Shown: piece after piece, positions 18,838-27,984 of the stretch | Numbering within the stretch: the first letter of the stretch is position 1 | Layout of the letters: the number at the start of each line of letters is the position of its first letter | Source: Ignavibacteriales bacterium | GTDB lineage: Bacteria; Bacteroidota; Ignavibacteria; UBA10030; SZUA-254 | Length of the DNA stretch: 64,000 nt | Direction: 5' to 3' | Assembly (NCBI GenBank): GCA_016218025.1 | Contig: JACRFD010000038.1 | Location: forward strand, 136,874 to 200,873 | Program-made: the position numbers and the translations under genes | The notes under the pieces: model-generated | What the model was told of the DNA's origin: nothing | Database searches by the model: none | Seen by the model: the letters and a program-made list of their open reading frames with translations, nothing else

Positions 18838-20685
18838 ATGCAGACACCATTTTTTAATAGTCTCCGTTTCAAGATCGGATTCGGATATATAGTTTTAGTT
18901 TTCATCAATGTTGCCGTAACGGCATGGGCTATATTTAATTTTGGAAGAATCACATTAGCTTTCAACTCAATTTTAAATGAAAATTATCCCCATGTTGTTG
19001 TCCTTGAACGGATGGCACATTTGGTTGCGCGGCATGAACACGGCTTAAGCATGATATTGAATGGTGAATATAATAACGGCTACTCGGAATTCAGTACAGC
19101 TAAAGAAGAATTTTATCAGATATTCGACAAAGCGAACGAAAGCAGATCAATACCTGATGCAGGAGCTATACTGGATGACATAAGATCGACTTATGAGGGA
19201 TATCTTACAGTCTCCGATACATTATTTTCGTTGGCTATCCGGAATCGCGACCTGAAAGCAAGATCATATTATGGGAATATCGTTCGTCCGTTTGCTCAAA
19301 GATTATCCGACAATGCTTTTTGGCTTATTGAAGAAAATCAGAAAGAAATGATGAGAATAGCCAAAGAGTCGAAGACGACATCCGACGAGGCTATCATTGC
19401 CGTTTTGTTTGCGGCGCTTGTTGCAGTGAGCTTAAGCATTTTAACCATGGTTCAATTTACAAAACGAATAATAGAGCCGGCAGAAAAATTAACAGAAACT
19501 GTCAATCAAATCGGAAGGGGTAGATTGGATTTGAAGACAGATATTTCAACAAAGGATGAGATAGGAGAACTTAGCCGTGAATTTAATAAAATGACCGAAC
19601 GGCTGAGAAAATTTGAAGCATTGAATATTGAAAAAATAATCTCTGAAAAACAGAAATCTGAAACAATTGTTGAAAGTATATCCGATGCCATAATTGTTTG
19701 TGATGAAATGTCCACTATACAACTGATGAATAATTCAGCCGAGATGCTTTTAAATCTTAAAGAAGATGAAGTTCATGGAAAGAAAATAGAGATGGTGATA
19801 ACAGATGAGCGGTTGTTGGAAATCTTCAAAACTCCAAAATCAGCCGCAGTATTAAACGCTCCGTATTTGCAATTCAAATATAATGGAAGGCAGGTGTTCT
19901 TGAGGCCGCGAGTTTCTGAAATATCGGGCGGAAAAAACGGCATGGTTTTAATTCTTCAAGACGTTACTCAATTTAAAGAATTGGATAAAATGAAATCCGA
20001 CTTCATGGCTGCCGTCTCTCACGAATTTAGAACTCCGCTTACTTCTATAAACATGAGCGTTGATATACTTCGTCAAAAATTGTTGGGTGAACTTTCCGAT
20101 AAACAGATGGAATTATTGGAATCATCAAAACAGGATTGTGACCGCCTGACTAAAATGGTGAAAGATCTGCTTCAACTTTCTAAATTAGAATCCGGTAAGT
20201 TGGAAGTAAAAGAAGAGTTCGTTGATATTGTCAACGCTATAGAAGCAGCTATGCAGCCGTTGCAACTTCCATTTAAAGAAAAAGGTGTTATTCTAAAATT
20301 AAATGTTTCTGAAAAAATACCTCAATTCATCGGAGACGAACAGCAGTTGATTTGGGTTATATCAAATCTTTTAAACAATGCTCTCCGATACACGAAAGCA
20401 GAAGGTAAGGTAGAAGTTTCTGTACTCAAAGCTGGAAATAATATACGCATAGATGTTGCCGACACGGGAAGAGGGATTCCACCTGAGTATATCGACAAGA
20501 TTTTCGATAAATTCGTCCAGGTCAAACAACAACTTGATTCAACTCCCGGTAGCGTGGGATTAGGATTAGCAATTGCGATGGAGATTGTGGAAATGTATGG
20601 TGGAAATATATCTGTGAAAAGTGAATTAGGTAAGGGAACAATTTTCACCATTTTATTGCCAATACCGGAGATTGAAAAAGCATGA
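18838..20685 (+). CDS. Sensor histidine kinase (two TM helices, HAMP, PAS, HisKA, HATPase_c)
   Basis: 615 aa; H-box AAVSHEFRTPL, and N, G1 (DTGRGIPPEY) and G2 (GLGLAIA) boxes. Confidence 0.85.
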   Translation: MQTPFFNSLRFKIGFGYIVLVFINVAVTAWAIFNFGRITLAFNSILNENYPHVVVLERMAHLVARHEHGLSMILNGEYNNGYSEFSTAKEEFYQIFDKANESRSIPDAGAILDDIRSTYEGYLTVSDTLFSLAIRNRDLKARSYYGNIVRPFAQRLSDNAFWLIEENQKEMMRIAKESKTTSDEAIIAVLFAALVAVSLSILTMVQFTKRIIEPAEKLTETVNQIGRGRLDLKTDISTKDEIGELSREFNKMTERLRKFEALNIEKIISEKQKSETIVESISDAIIVCDEMSTIQLMNNSAEMLLNLKEDEVHGKKIEMVITDERLLEIFKTPKSAAVLNAPYLQFKYNGRQVFLRPRVSEISGGKNGMVLILQDVTQFKELDKMKSDFMAAVSHEFRTPLTSINMSVDILRQKLLGELSDKQMELLESSKQDCDRLTKMVKDLLQLSKLESGKLEVKEEFVDIVNAIEAAMQPLQLPFKEKGVILKLNVSEKIPQFIGDEQQLIWVISNLLNNALRYTKAEGKVEVSVLKAGNNIRIDVADTGRGIPPEYIDKIFDKFVQVKQQLDSTPGSVGLGLAIAMEIVEMYGGNISVKSELGKGTIFTILLPIPEIEKA

Positions 20686-22013
20686 ATGAACGTGGTTATG
20701 TTTTAGTGGTTGACGATGAACCGAATATTTTAAAAACATTAAAAATCGGACTTGAAGCTATTGGGTTAAAAGTTGACGGTTTCCTAAATCCTTTAGAAGC
20801 AATTGAACAGTTGACGCCTTCGAAATATGATATCGCATTCATCGACCTTATGATGCAGCCGATTGATGGTATGCAAGTATTAAAAGAAATCAGGCAAAGA
20901 TCGCCATTTACAACATGCGTGATAATTACTGCCCACGGGTCAATAGACAGCGCCGTAGAAGCAATAAAATCGGGTGCCTTCGATTTTCTACAGAAACCAT
21001 TTGATCTTAAGGAAGTCCAGCTTTTTGCAGAGAAGGTGCTCGCACACCATCAGCTCCAATCTGAAGTTGCAAATCTTCGCAGGCAATTGAGTGAGAAATC
21101 ATCCGCTTCCAATATCATTACACGCAATCAAACGATGCAACAACAACTTGATCTTGCGAAACAAGTTGCAGATAGCTTGCTCACTGTTCTAATCGAAGGT
21201 GAAAGTGGAACAGGTAAAGAAATGGTTGCGCAGTATATACATAACCAAAGTTCCAGACACGGTAAAGCTTTTATTAAAGTCAATTGCGCCGCTCTTCCTG
21301 AAAATCTATTGGAGAGCGAATTGTTTGGTCATGTTAAAGGTGCCTTTACGGGTGCTATCAAAGACCGTGAGGGAAGATTTGAAGCTGCAAATGAAGGAAC
21401 AATATTTTTAGATGAAATTGCAGATATACCTCCATCTTCACAGGTAAAGTTATTGAGGTTTTTGCAGCATCGTGAATTTGAACGTGTAGGTGAAAATATA
21501 ACCCGCAAAGTTGATGTTCGTGTGATTACCGCTACTAATAGGCAGTTATCGGAATCTCTTAAGGTAGGAAGCTTTAGAGAGGATTTATATTATCGTATAA
21601 ATTCAGTAAAAATAAATTTACCTCCACTGAGAGAAAGATCTGAAGATATTATCCTTTTGATATATCATTTTATCAGTAAGTTCTCAAATAATAATTCAAT
21701 CGAAGTTTCATCGGAGGCGATGAAGATGCTGACTTCTTATTCATGGCCCGGCAACGTAAGGGAGTTGGAAAATATTATTGAGCGGGCTGTCCTGTTAACA
21801 AAACAAGGGAAGATAGAAGTGTCGCATTTACCATCCGAGTTGTTAAATCCTGAGGCGACCAAGGCAGGATTGCTATCCTTGGAAGCTTTAGAAAGATATC
21901 ATATTTCAAAAGTGTTAAAAGTTGTAAAAGACTTGGATGAGGCATCAAAAGTATTGGGTATTGACCCGGCAACTCTGTGGAGGAAAAGAAAGAAATTTGG
22001 ATTATCCGAATAA
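20682..22013 (+). CDS. Sigma-54-dependent response regulator (NtrC/AtoC family: REC, AAA+ sigma-54 interaction, Fis-type HTH)
   Basis: 443 aa; GESGTGKE Walker A, GAFTGA motif, ESELFGH, C-terminal HTH; ATGA overlap with the kinase gene. Confidence 0.9.
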   Translation: MNERGYVLVVDDEPNILKTLKIGLEAIGLKVDGFLNPLEAIEQLTPSKYDIAFIDLMMQPIDGMQVLKEIRQRSPFTTCVIITAHGSIDSAVEAIKSGAFDFLQKPFDLKEVQLFAEKVLAHHQLQSEVANLRRQLSEKSSASNIITRNQTMQQQLDLAKQVADSLLTVLIEGESGTGKEMVAQYIHNQSSRHGKAFIKVNCAALPENLLESELFGHVKGAFTGAIKDREGRFEAANEGTIFLDEIADIPPSSQVKLLRFLQHREFERVGENITRKVDVRVITATNRQLSESLKVGSFREDLYYRINSVKINLPPLRERSEDIILLIYHFISKFSNNNSIEVSSEAMKMLTSYSWPGNVRELENIIERAVLLTKQGKIEVSHLPSELLNPEATKAGLLSLEALERYHISKVLKVVKDLDEASKVLGIDPATLWRKRKKFGLSE

Positions 22014-22018
22014 GATTT

Positions 22019-22033
22019 CTTGCAAATTGCAAG
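22019..22033. promoter_or_regulatory. Perfect 15-bp palindrome CTTGCAAATTGCAAG. A related site ATTGCAAATCGCAAT lies at 22095-22109. Possible enhancer/UAS for the adjacent sigma-54 activator
   Basis: Both sites share TTGCAAAT(T/C)GCAA and sit 76 bp apart, between the ntrC-like gene and the STAS/ExbB operon. Confidence 0.4.
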
Positions 22034-22221
22034 ATGGAGAAATGCATTAAATATCAAATACTTATAAGAATATCCTAAAATTAACTTAGTTCTTATTGCA
22101 AATCGCAATATCTCCGTTATTCAACTCAAAAAAAACTTCAATTACATAATTGATTTAACAAATCTGATGGCATTTGATTTGTTTCAAAATTAAGAAGATT
22201 AACTTAATAAGAAGACCATTA

Positions 22222-22578
22222 ATGACTATAAAATCAAGAACAATCCACGAAGGTAGAGTTGCAATAATCGATGTGAGGGGCGCATTGATTGGTGATCAGG
22301 ATACCGACAACTTCCGCAACGAGGTAATTGATTTTATCGAACAGGGGAATAAATCGCTGATAATAAATATGCAGCGCGTTAATTATATGAATAGCTCCGG
22401 TATCGGTGCCATCATATCAGCCCACACATCATATAAAAAAAATGGAGGGGAAGTTAAGTTAGCCGGTTTAACTGAAAATGTCGAAAATCTTTTAGCTATC
22501 ACGCGGCTTGTGGAAGTATTCGATGTTCACGAATCGCTCGATGGTGCGATAGAAAGTTTTTTTAAAAATAAATCATAA
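22222..22578 (+). CDS. STAS-domain protein (anti-sigma-factor antagonist, SpoIIAA-like)
   Basis: ATG 22222 (MTIKSRTIHEGRVAIIDVRGALIG...MNSSGIGAII); typical STAS length and conserved Ser in NSSGIG. Confidence 0.75.
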   Translation: MTIKSRTIHEGRVAIIDVRGALIGDQDTDNFRNEVIDFIEQGNKSLIINMQRVNYMNSSGIGAIISAHTSYKKNGGEVKLAGLTENVENLLAITRLVEVFDVHESLDGAIESFFKNKS

Positions 22579-22621
22579 TTATCATTTAACTAATCATTAA
22601 CTTTATTTAGGAGTTATACTA

Positions 22622-23398
22622 ATGAAACAATCAACATTTGTATCGGTCGTAATATTCGTAGCGATCGCTGTGGGTTTTATCGTATGGTGGTTCGTGCTTG
22701 GTAATCCTGCGAACTTTTTCGATGGAGCCAATCGTATGAAACCAAACAACCTTATGGGAATGGTTTTCACCGGCGGTTACATTGTGCCGGCATTGATAGC
22801 CCTGTCGATAATGGTTATCACATTCATAATCGAACGTGTATTGTCGCTTCGTAAAGCACAGGGCAGAGGTGCCTTGGCAACATTCTTAAAAAACGTCCAG
22901 AAATCATTGTCCGAGGGCAATGTTGAAGCAGCATTGAAAGCATGCGACCAGCAACGCGGATCGATGGCGAACATACTGCGTGCAGGACTTGATCGTTATG
23001 TATCATTTGCAAAAGAAGGTAAATCGGTTGATGCAGAAAAGCAGATGGCTGAAGTTCAACGTGCTATCGAAGAAGCAACTGCTTTAGAAATGCCATTATT
23101 AGAAAAGAACCTCATTGCATTATCAACAATTGCATCTATTGCTACCATGTTAGGATTATTAGGAACGGTAGTAGGTATGATCCGTGCATTCCAAGCACTT
23201 GCAAAAACCGGCGCCCCCGATGCTATTCAATTATCAATAGGAATTTCTGAAGCACTTATTAATACAGCTTTAGGAATATTTGCAGCAATTATCGGTATAG
23301 TTGCTTACAACTTTTTCGTTAATAAAGTCGACAGCTTCACTTATATGATTGACGAAGCAAGTTTCGATATAATCCAGACACTGAAAGATAAAAGATAA
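22622..23398 (+). CDS. exbB: MotA/TolQ/ExbB proton-channel family protein
   Basis: 258 aa, three TM helices, conserved C-terminal helix region LGLLGTVVGMIRAF. Confidence 0.85.
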   Translation: MKQSTFVSVVIFVAIAVGFIVWWFVLGNPANFFDGANRMKPNNLMGMVFTGGYIVPALIALSIMVITFIIERVLSLRKAQGRGALATFLKNVQKSLSEGNVEAALKACDQQRGSMANILRAGLDRYVSFAKEGKSVDAEKQMAEVQRAIEEATALEMPLLEKNLIALSTIASIATMLGLLGTVVGMIRAFQALAKTGAPDAIQLSIGISEALINTALGIFAAIIGIVAYNFFVNKVDSFTYMIDEASFDIIQTLKDKR

Positions 23399-23415
23399 AT
23401 AGCGGAAGCTTAAGT

Positions 23416-23880
23416 ATGCCAAAAATAAAAAAACATAGACTCGGTGTTGCAATAGACAACACACCGTTGGTTGATGTTGGGTTTCTTTTGTTGACATTCT
23501 TTATGTTAACAACCCAATTTAAACCGCCGGAAGAAGTGCAGATTATTCTGCCCTCGTCGCATTCGGCATTTAAACTTCCCGACGCTAACGTAATGGCGAT
23601 CACTATCAGTAAAGATAACCGCCTGCTGCTCGGTTTTGATTCTCAGAACATGATGGCAAAATTATTCGGAGAAGAGAACAGACTTCGCATGGCGGTGGAA
23701 GTGACTACAAAAGAACTTCCGGATTTATTAGTTCGCGCCCGTATCGCAAATCCAAAATTGCGAACTGTGGTGAAAGGTGATAAAGATGCCGAATACGGAA
23801 TAACTGAGGATGTTATGGACATTCTTCAAAAAACACAAATAACGCGTTTTAATCTTGTAACCGATTTAGAAAACGATTAA
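23416..23880 (+). CDS. exbD: Biopolymer transport protein ExbD/TolR
   Basis: 154 aa; NTPLVDVGFLLLTFFMLTT signature. Confidence 0.85.
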   Translation: MPKIKKHRLGVAIDNTPLVDVGFLLLTFFMLTTQFKPPEEVQIILPSSHSAFKLPDANVMAITISKDNRLLLGFDSQNMMAKLFGEENRLRMAVEVTTKELPDLLVRARIANPKLRTVVKGDKDAEYGITEDVMDILQKTQITRFNLVTDLEND

Positions 23881-23892
23881 GGAAATTAATGT

Positions 23893-24390
23893 ATGGGTAT
23901 GGTCGACACTAGTGGCCCCAGGGGCCACGATCGGAAAAAAGGAAAGCGCAAGAAAAAACGCCGGATTGGTGTAAAGATCGATAATACACCTATGGTCGAC
24001 GTTGCATTCCTTTTGTTAACATTCTTCATGTTGACTACTACTATGAATAAACCACAAACAATGGAAATCAATCTTCCGCCAAGTAATGATGTGAACGTTG
24101 AAGTTGCTCAGAGTAATTTAATGACAATACGTGTGAAGGAAGATGGAACAATCTATTGGAATGTTGCCGTGGAAGACCCTCAAAAAGTTGCTTTTAAAGA
24201 TTTCAGAAAATTATTAGAGCAAAAGAATCAGGAAAATCCGCGATTGATCACTTTAATAAAGATCGATCGTAAAGGAAAATATTCAATGATGGTTGATATC
24301 ATGGATGAGTTAAACGTGGCTAATGTTACCCGTTTTAGCTTGGCGCCAATGCAAGACGCCGATAAACGAATTCTTGCAAAGTTAATGTGA
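23893..24390 (+). CDS. exbD: Second ExbD/TolR paralog with Lys/Arg-rich N-terminal tail
   Basis: 165 aa; NTPMVDVAFLLLTFFMLTTT. Confidence 0.85.
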   Translation: MGMVDTSGPRGHDRKKGKRKKKRRIGVKIDNTPMVDVAFLLLTFFMLTTTMNKPQTMEINLPPSNDVNVEVAQSNLMTIRVKEDGTIYWNVAVEDPQKVAFKDFRKLLEQKNQENPRLITLIKIDRKGKYSMMVDIMDELNVANVTRFSLAPMQDADKRILAKLM

Positions 24391-24406
24391 GGAAGGAGAA
24401 AAAGTT

Positions 24407-25129
24407 ATGACAGCACAAGCAATGGTTGCAAATATAAAGTCCGGTATGCAAGACTGGCGTAATTTATATAAACGTCATCTTGGTATTGCTCTTACAATTG
24501 CAATATCTTTTCACCTCCTTGCAATCGGTTCTTACTATCTTGCCGGATATCTCTCCGAAGAGGATGAGCCTGTTGTGATGGTGAGAATCACAAAATACAC
24601 TGATCTTGGACCGCCACCTTCAATGACCGAGGCAGAAATAGCTCCGGCTGTTGCGGTGAACGTTCCCGTTGCAAAACCGACTGTGGGTATTCCGGTTGCA
24701 GTTCCAGATGCTGAGGTTAGTCCTGAGCAGACAATTGCAACACAGCAGGAATTGTCTCAAATTCAAAGTCCGGTTGTTCAGCAACAAGATGACGGACAGG
24801 TTCAGATTGAACAGGATATCAATATTACAGATGAAGAACCACCCGATTTTGTCCCGGTTGAAAAACAACCTGTTCCGGTCAAACAAGTTCAGCCAGATTA
24901 TCCGGAAATAGCCCGGCGAGCCGGCGTTGAAGGAACAGTTTGGGTGAAGATACTCGTTGATAAAGAAGGCAAAGCAAAGAAAGCAGTTGTAATGAAAAGC
25001 GATGCCGAAATTTTCAATGAACCGGCTCAGAAAGCAGCAATGCAGTGGGTCTTCACTCCTGCAATGATGAATAACGGACCGGTTGCCGTTTGGGCAGCTG
25101 TTCCATTCAGATTCAAATTGAATAAATAA
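24407..25129 (+). CDS. tonB: Energy transducer TonB (N-terminal TM anchor, Pro/Val/Gln-rich spacer, C-terminal TonB domain)
   Basis: 240 aa; C-terminal VQPDYPEIARRAGVEGTVWVKILVDKEG...PAMMNNGPVAVW. Confidence 0.85.
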   Translation: MTAQAMVANIKSGMQDWRNLYKRHLGIALTIAISFHLLAIGSYYLAGYLSEEDEPVVMVRITKYTDLGPPPSMTEAEIAPAVAVNVPVAKPTVGIPVAVPDAEVSPEQTIATQQELSQIQSPVVQQQDDGQVQIEQDINITDEEPPDFVPVEKQPVPVKQVQPDYPEIARRAGVEGTVWVKILVDKEGKAKKAVVMKSDAEIFNEPAQKAAMQWVFTPAMMNNGPVAVWAAVPFRFKLNK

Positions 25130-25138
25130 TGATTATCC

Positions 25139-25351
25139 ATGAACGCATCACTTATTCTACGGATTGTTACTTATGTAACGGCAGGACTCATCCTGATTAT
25201 GGGAATAATAATTCTCACCGGATATTTACTGCCATCTCATATCTCAACAAACTTCAGAATTATGATGGGAATTATGATGATAGTTTATGGTACGTACCGT
25301 ATCACAATCATTACAGTAAAAAACCGTCGTAAAAATGAAACCGTTGAATAA
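25139..25351 (+). CDS. Possible small two-helix membrane protein
   Basis: 70 aa; strongly hydrophobic; in an operon gap, overlapping the next gene's start by 17 nt; no homology support. Confidence 0.35.
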   Translation: MNASLILRIVTYVTAGLILIMGIIILTGYLLPSHISTNFRIMMGIMMIVYGTYRITIITVKNRRKNETVE

Positions 25352-26273
25352 ATATTTTTCATTAATCTTTGGATGGACACTTATTATTGTGTCCATCCAA
25401 GGTTGTTTACCGGAACGAACCGAGACTCCGACCAAAGGAAAAATTACTGTGGTTGCTGCAGAATCGGTACAACCGTTAATTCAAGAGGAGAAAGATAAGT
25501 TCGAAAGCATTTATCCCGATGCAGAGATCGAACTTTTATTTTCCTCATCCCGAGAAGCCATTACGCGTTTCTTTAATGATTCAATAAAAGTGATCGTTAC
25601 CTCCCGTGAAATGAATAACGAAGAACTTTCAGTTGCGAAAAAATATAATATTGATCTTCAGGAATTTAAAATCGCCGTTGATGCAGTTGCATTTCTAGTG
25701 AATGCAGATAATCCGGTAAACCAGCTTCGTACAACCCAGCTTGACAGCATTTACAGTGGTTTGATTACGAACTGGAATCAGGTCGGGGGAAAAAATGTTC
25801 CAATTGATGTATTTCTCCCTGATCAAAATTCGGGGAATATAGAAGTTATCCGGACAACAATCTTAAAGTACAAAAAATTTCAGGCACCGGCTAATATAAT
25901 AAAATCGTCTGAGGAAATGCTAAAGGTTGCATCGAGCCATCCGAACGCTTTAAGCGTTGTCGGTTTGAATTGGCTCAGCCAGAAAAAAGATAACGTAACA
26001 GTTTTAAAATTATCTGATCCTGATGCACCCGATTCTTTAGGAATCAAGGGTCAGTATTTTGCACCACTCCAAGCACATGTTTATCGAAATTATTATCCTG
26101 TGACACGAAAAGTATTCATCTATGCACGCATAGATATGTACAGCGTGGGTTCAGGATTTATATCATTCATCACAAGCGCACCGGGGCAGCAACTCGTTGT
26201 TTATAATGGGTTGGTTCCTGCCACGATGCCTATTCGTCTTGTTGAACTATCAAATAAAGGATTACAACCGTGA
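25335..26273 (+). CDS. PstS-like periplasmic substrate-binding protein (PBP-like type 2 fold), no cognate permease nearby
   Basis: 312 aa; signal peptide with Cys (SIQGC); ITVVAAESVQPLI...AVDAVAFLVNADNPV resembles the PstS/PBP_like_2 family. Confidence 0.65.
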   Translation: MKPLNKYFSLIFGWTLIIVSIQGCLPERTETPTKGKITVVAAESVQPLIQEEKDKFESIYPDAEIELLFSSSREAITRFFNDSIKVIVTSREMNNEELSVAKKYNIDLQEFKIAVDAVAFLVNADNPVNQLRTTQLDSIYSGLITNWNQVGGKNVPIDVFLPDQNSGNIEVIRTTILKYKKFQAPANIIKSSEEMLKVASSHPNALSVVGLNWLSQKKDNVTVLKLSDPDAPDSLGIKGQYFAPLQAHVYRNYYPVTRKVFIYARIDMYSVGSGFISFITSAPGQQLVVYNGLVPATMPIRLVELSNKGLQP

Positions 26274-27775
26274 AAAAGCGCATCATGAGTTCGCTGCTCG
26301 CAATCGTCCTTCTTACAGGATATTCTATAAATCTCTTTGCTGATGATCCATTGAAGGAAGGTATCGCATTTTTTGAAAAAGGCGATTATCAATCGGCAGT
26401 CGTTTCATTCAGAGAAGCGGTGAAGGAAGACAAAAAAAATCCTCAGGCATATATTTGGCTTGGAAGAACATATCAACACTTTGCCGATTCATTAAATAAT
26501 GCTGAAACGGCATTTATTCAAGCAAGAGAATTGGATTCTAAAAATTGGATGATCTTTGATTACTTGGGTGATGTCTACGTTGCCCAAAAAGTTGCCGCCG
26601 CCGCTCTAGAACAATACAGAAAAGCGATAGAGATCGATAAAAAGAATGCTAAAATTTTTATGAAGATCGCCGAAGTTAGCCGGAAAGCACGCCAATATAA
26701 AGAGGCAGCAGAAGCATACATCAGTGTACTTTTGATTGATTCCACAAACCTCAGTGCGAAGAAAGAGCTTGCTAATATATATTTCCGTGCTAAACAATAT
26801 ACTAATGCTTTACCACTCCTCATAGATCTTGTAAAATTGCAGCCGGGTGAAATTTCATATCAAAAAGATTTGGTAAAATGTTTGTATGAAACAAAGTACT
26901 TTACAGATTTGATTCCATTAGCAGAAAAAATAAGACTCACAGATTCAACGAATGTTGATCTAAACAATATGCTGAGGGATGCATATATAGAAACGAAGAA
27001 ATATGATAAAGCTTATCAATTCATAGTTGCACAGAATCCCGACTCAATGTCGATTGATGAACTTGTGAAAGCCGGTAAATCTCTTGCCGCACTTAAGATG
27101 GGTGACGATGCGATAAAGATGTATGAAAGGGCATACCAAAAAGATTCAACTTTATCCGAAATCTTTTACGACATGGCTAAATTATATAACGAGAAAGAAC
27201 GTTATGCCGATGCAATTCTGATGTTCGATAAAAAGATAGCGGCAGATTCTTCAGTGGGTTACAGGTGGGCTTGCTATTTCCAGGGTGCACAATCTCTTGC
27301 GAAATTAAAAGAATTCAAGAGAGCAAAAGAATATATTTCAAAGAGTATCGAATATAAGCCTGAATATATAGAAGCATGGCCGCTTCTTGCACAATACAAC
27401 GAAGCAATTGGAAATGCTGCTGAGCAAGAATCAGCCTATAAAAAAGTCATCGAACTGATAAATAAAGCAGATACCGCCTCGAACGGAAATTCCGCTAGAT
27501 TGAAAACTCTTTTGGATAATACTTATAGGATGTATGCGTTTCTATTGTTTAATCAAAAAAGAACAACCGAAGCAATCGAGTATTACAAAAAAGCTTTTGC
27601 AATAAATCCAAAAGATTGCAAACTCGCGTTGACAATCGGACAAATATATCATCGGGATAAGAAAGAATTAGATGCCCAGCAATATTATTGCAAAGTTATC
27701 CAGCTTTGCCCGAAATCGGAGGATGCCAAAAATGCACAAAATTACTTAAAAATGATGGGGTTGGATTGTAAATAA
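26270..27775 (+). CDS. Tetratricopeptide-repeat (TPR) protein, secreted
   Basis: 501 aa; signal peptide; repeated A..Y..A..D TPR helices; GTG 26270 overlaps the upstream stop, with an alternative ATG at 26285. Confidence 0.75.
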   Translation: MKKRIMSSLLAIVLLTGYSINLFADDPLKEGIAFFEKGDYQSAVVSFREAVKEDKKNPQAYIWLGRTYQHFADSLNNAETAFIQARELDSKNWMIFDYLGDVYVAQKVAAAALEQYRKAIEIDKKNAKIFMKIAEVSRKARQYKEAAEAYISVLLIDSTNLSAKKELANIYFRAKQYTNALPLLIDLVKLQPGEISYQKDLVKCLYETKYFTDLIPLAEKIRLTDSTNVDLNNMLRDAYIETKKYDKAYQFIVAQNPDSMSIDELVKAGKSLAALKMGDDAIKMYERAYQKDSTLSEIFYDMAKLYNEKERYADAILMFDKKIAADSSVGYRWACYFQGAQSLAKLKEFKRAKEYISKSIEYKPEYIEAWPLLAQYNEAIGNAAEQESAYKKVIELINKADTASNGNSARLKTLLDNTYRMYAFLLFNQKRTTEAIEYYKKAFAINPKDCKLALTIGQIYHRDKKELDAQQYYCKVIQLCPKSEDAKNAQNYLKMMGLDCK

Positions 27776-27844
27776 ACATATTCAAAAAAACACTCGACTT
27801 TTAAATCTTTTTTTTGTAAATTAAAACCCTTCCAAGTATGTATT

Positions 27845-27878
27845 CCCACCCTCGATTAAACCGAGGGTGGTTTGTTTT
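27845..27878 (+). terminator. Intrinsic terminator: ccaccctcg-attaaac-cgagggtgg plus TTTGTTTT
   Basis: Perfect 9-bp GC-rich stem followed by a U-tract. Confidence 0.75.
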
Positions 27879-27984
27879 AGCTAGTATCAATAATGTCTAA
27901 GTTTGAACTATTTTTATATGTTCTGATGTTCAATTAATCGGATAATCACAACTATCATTAAAAAATAAAAGGTAACCGTTTCGC

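Noticed and set aside
22167-22184. TGGCAT-N5-TTGTT as a sigma-54 promoter
   Set aside because: Lacks the conserved GC of the -12 element; kept only as a weak note inside the palindrome finding.
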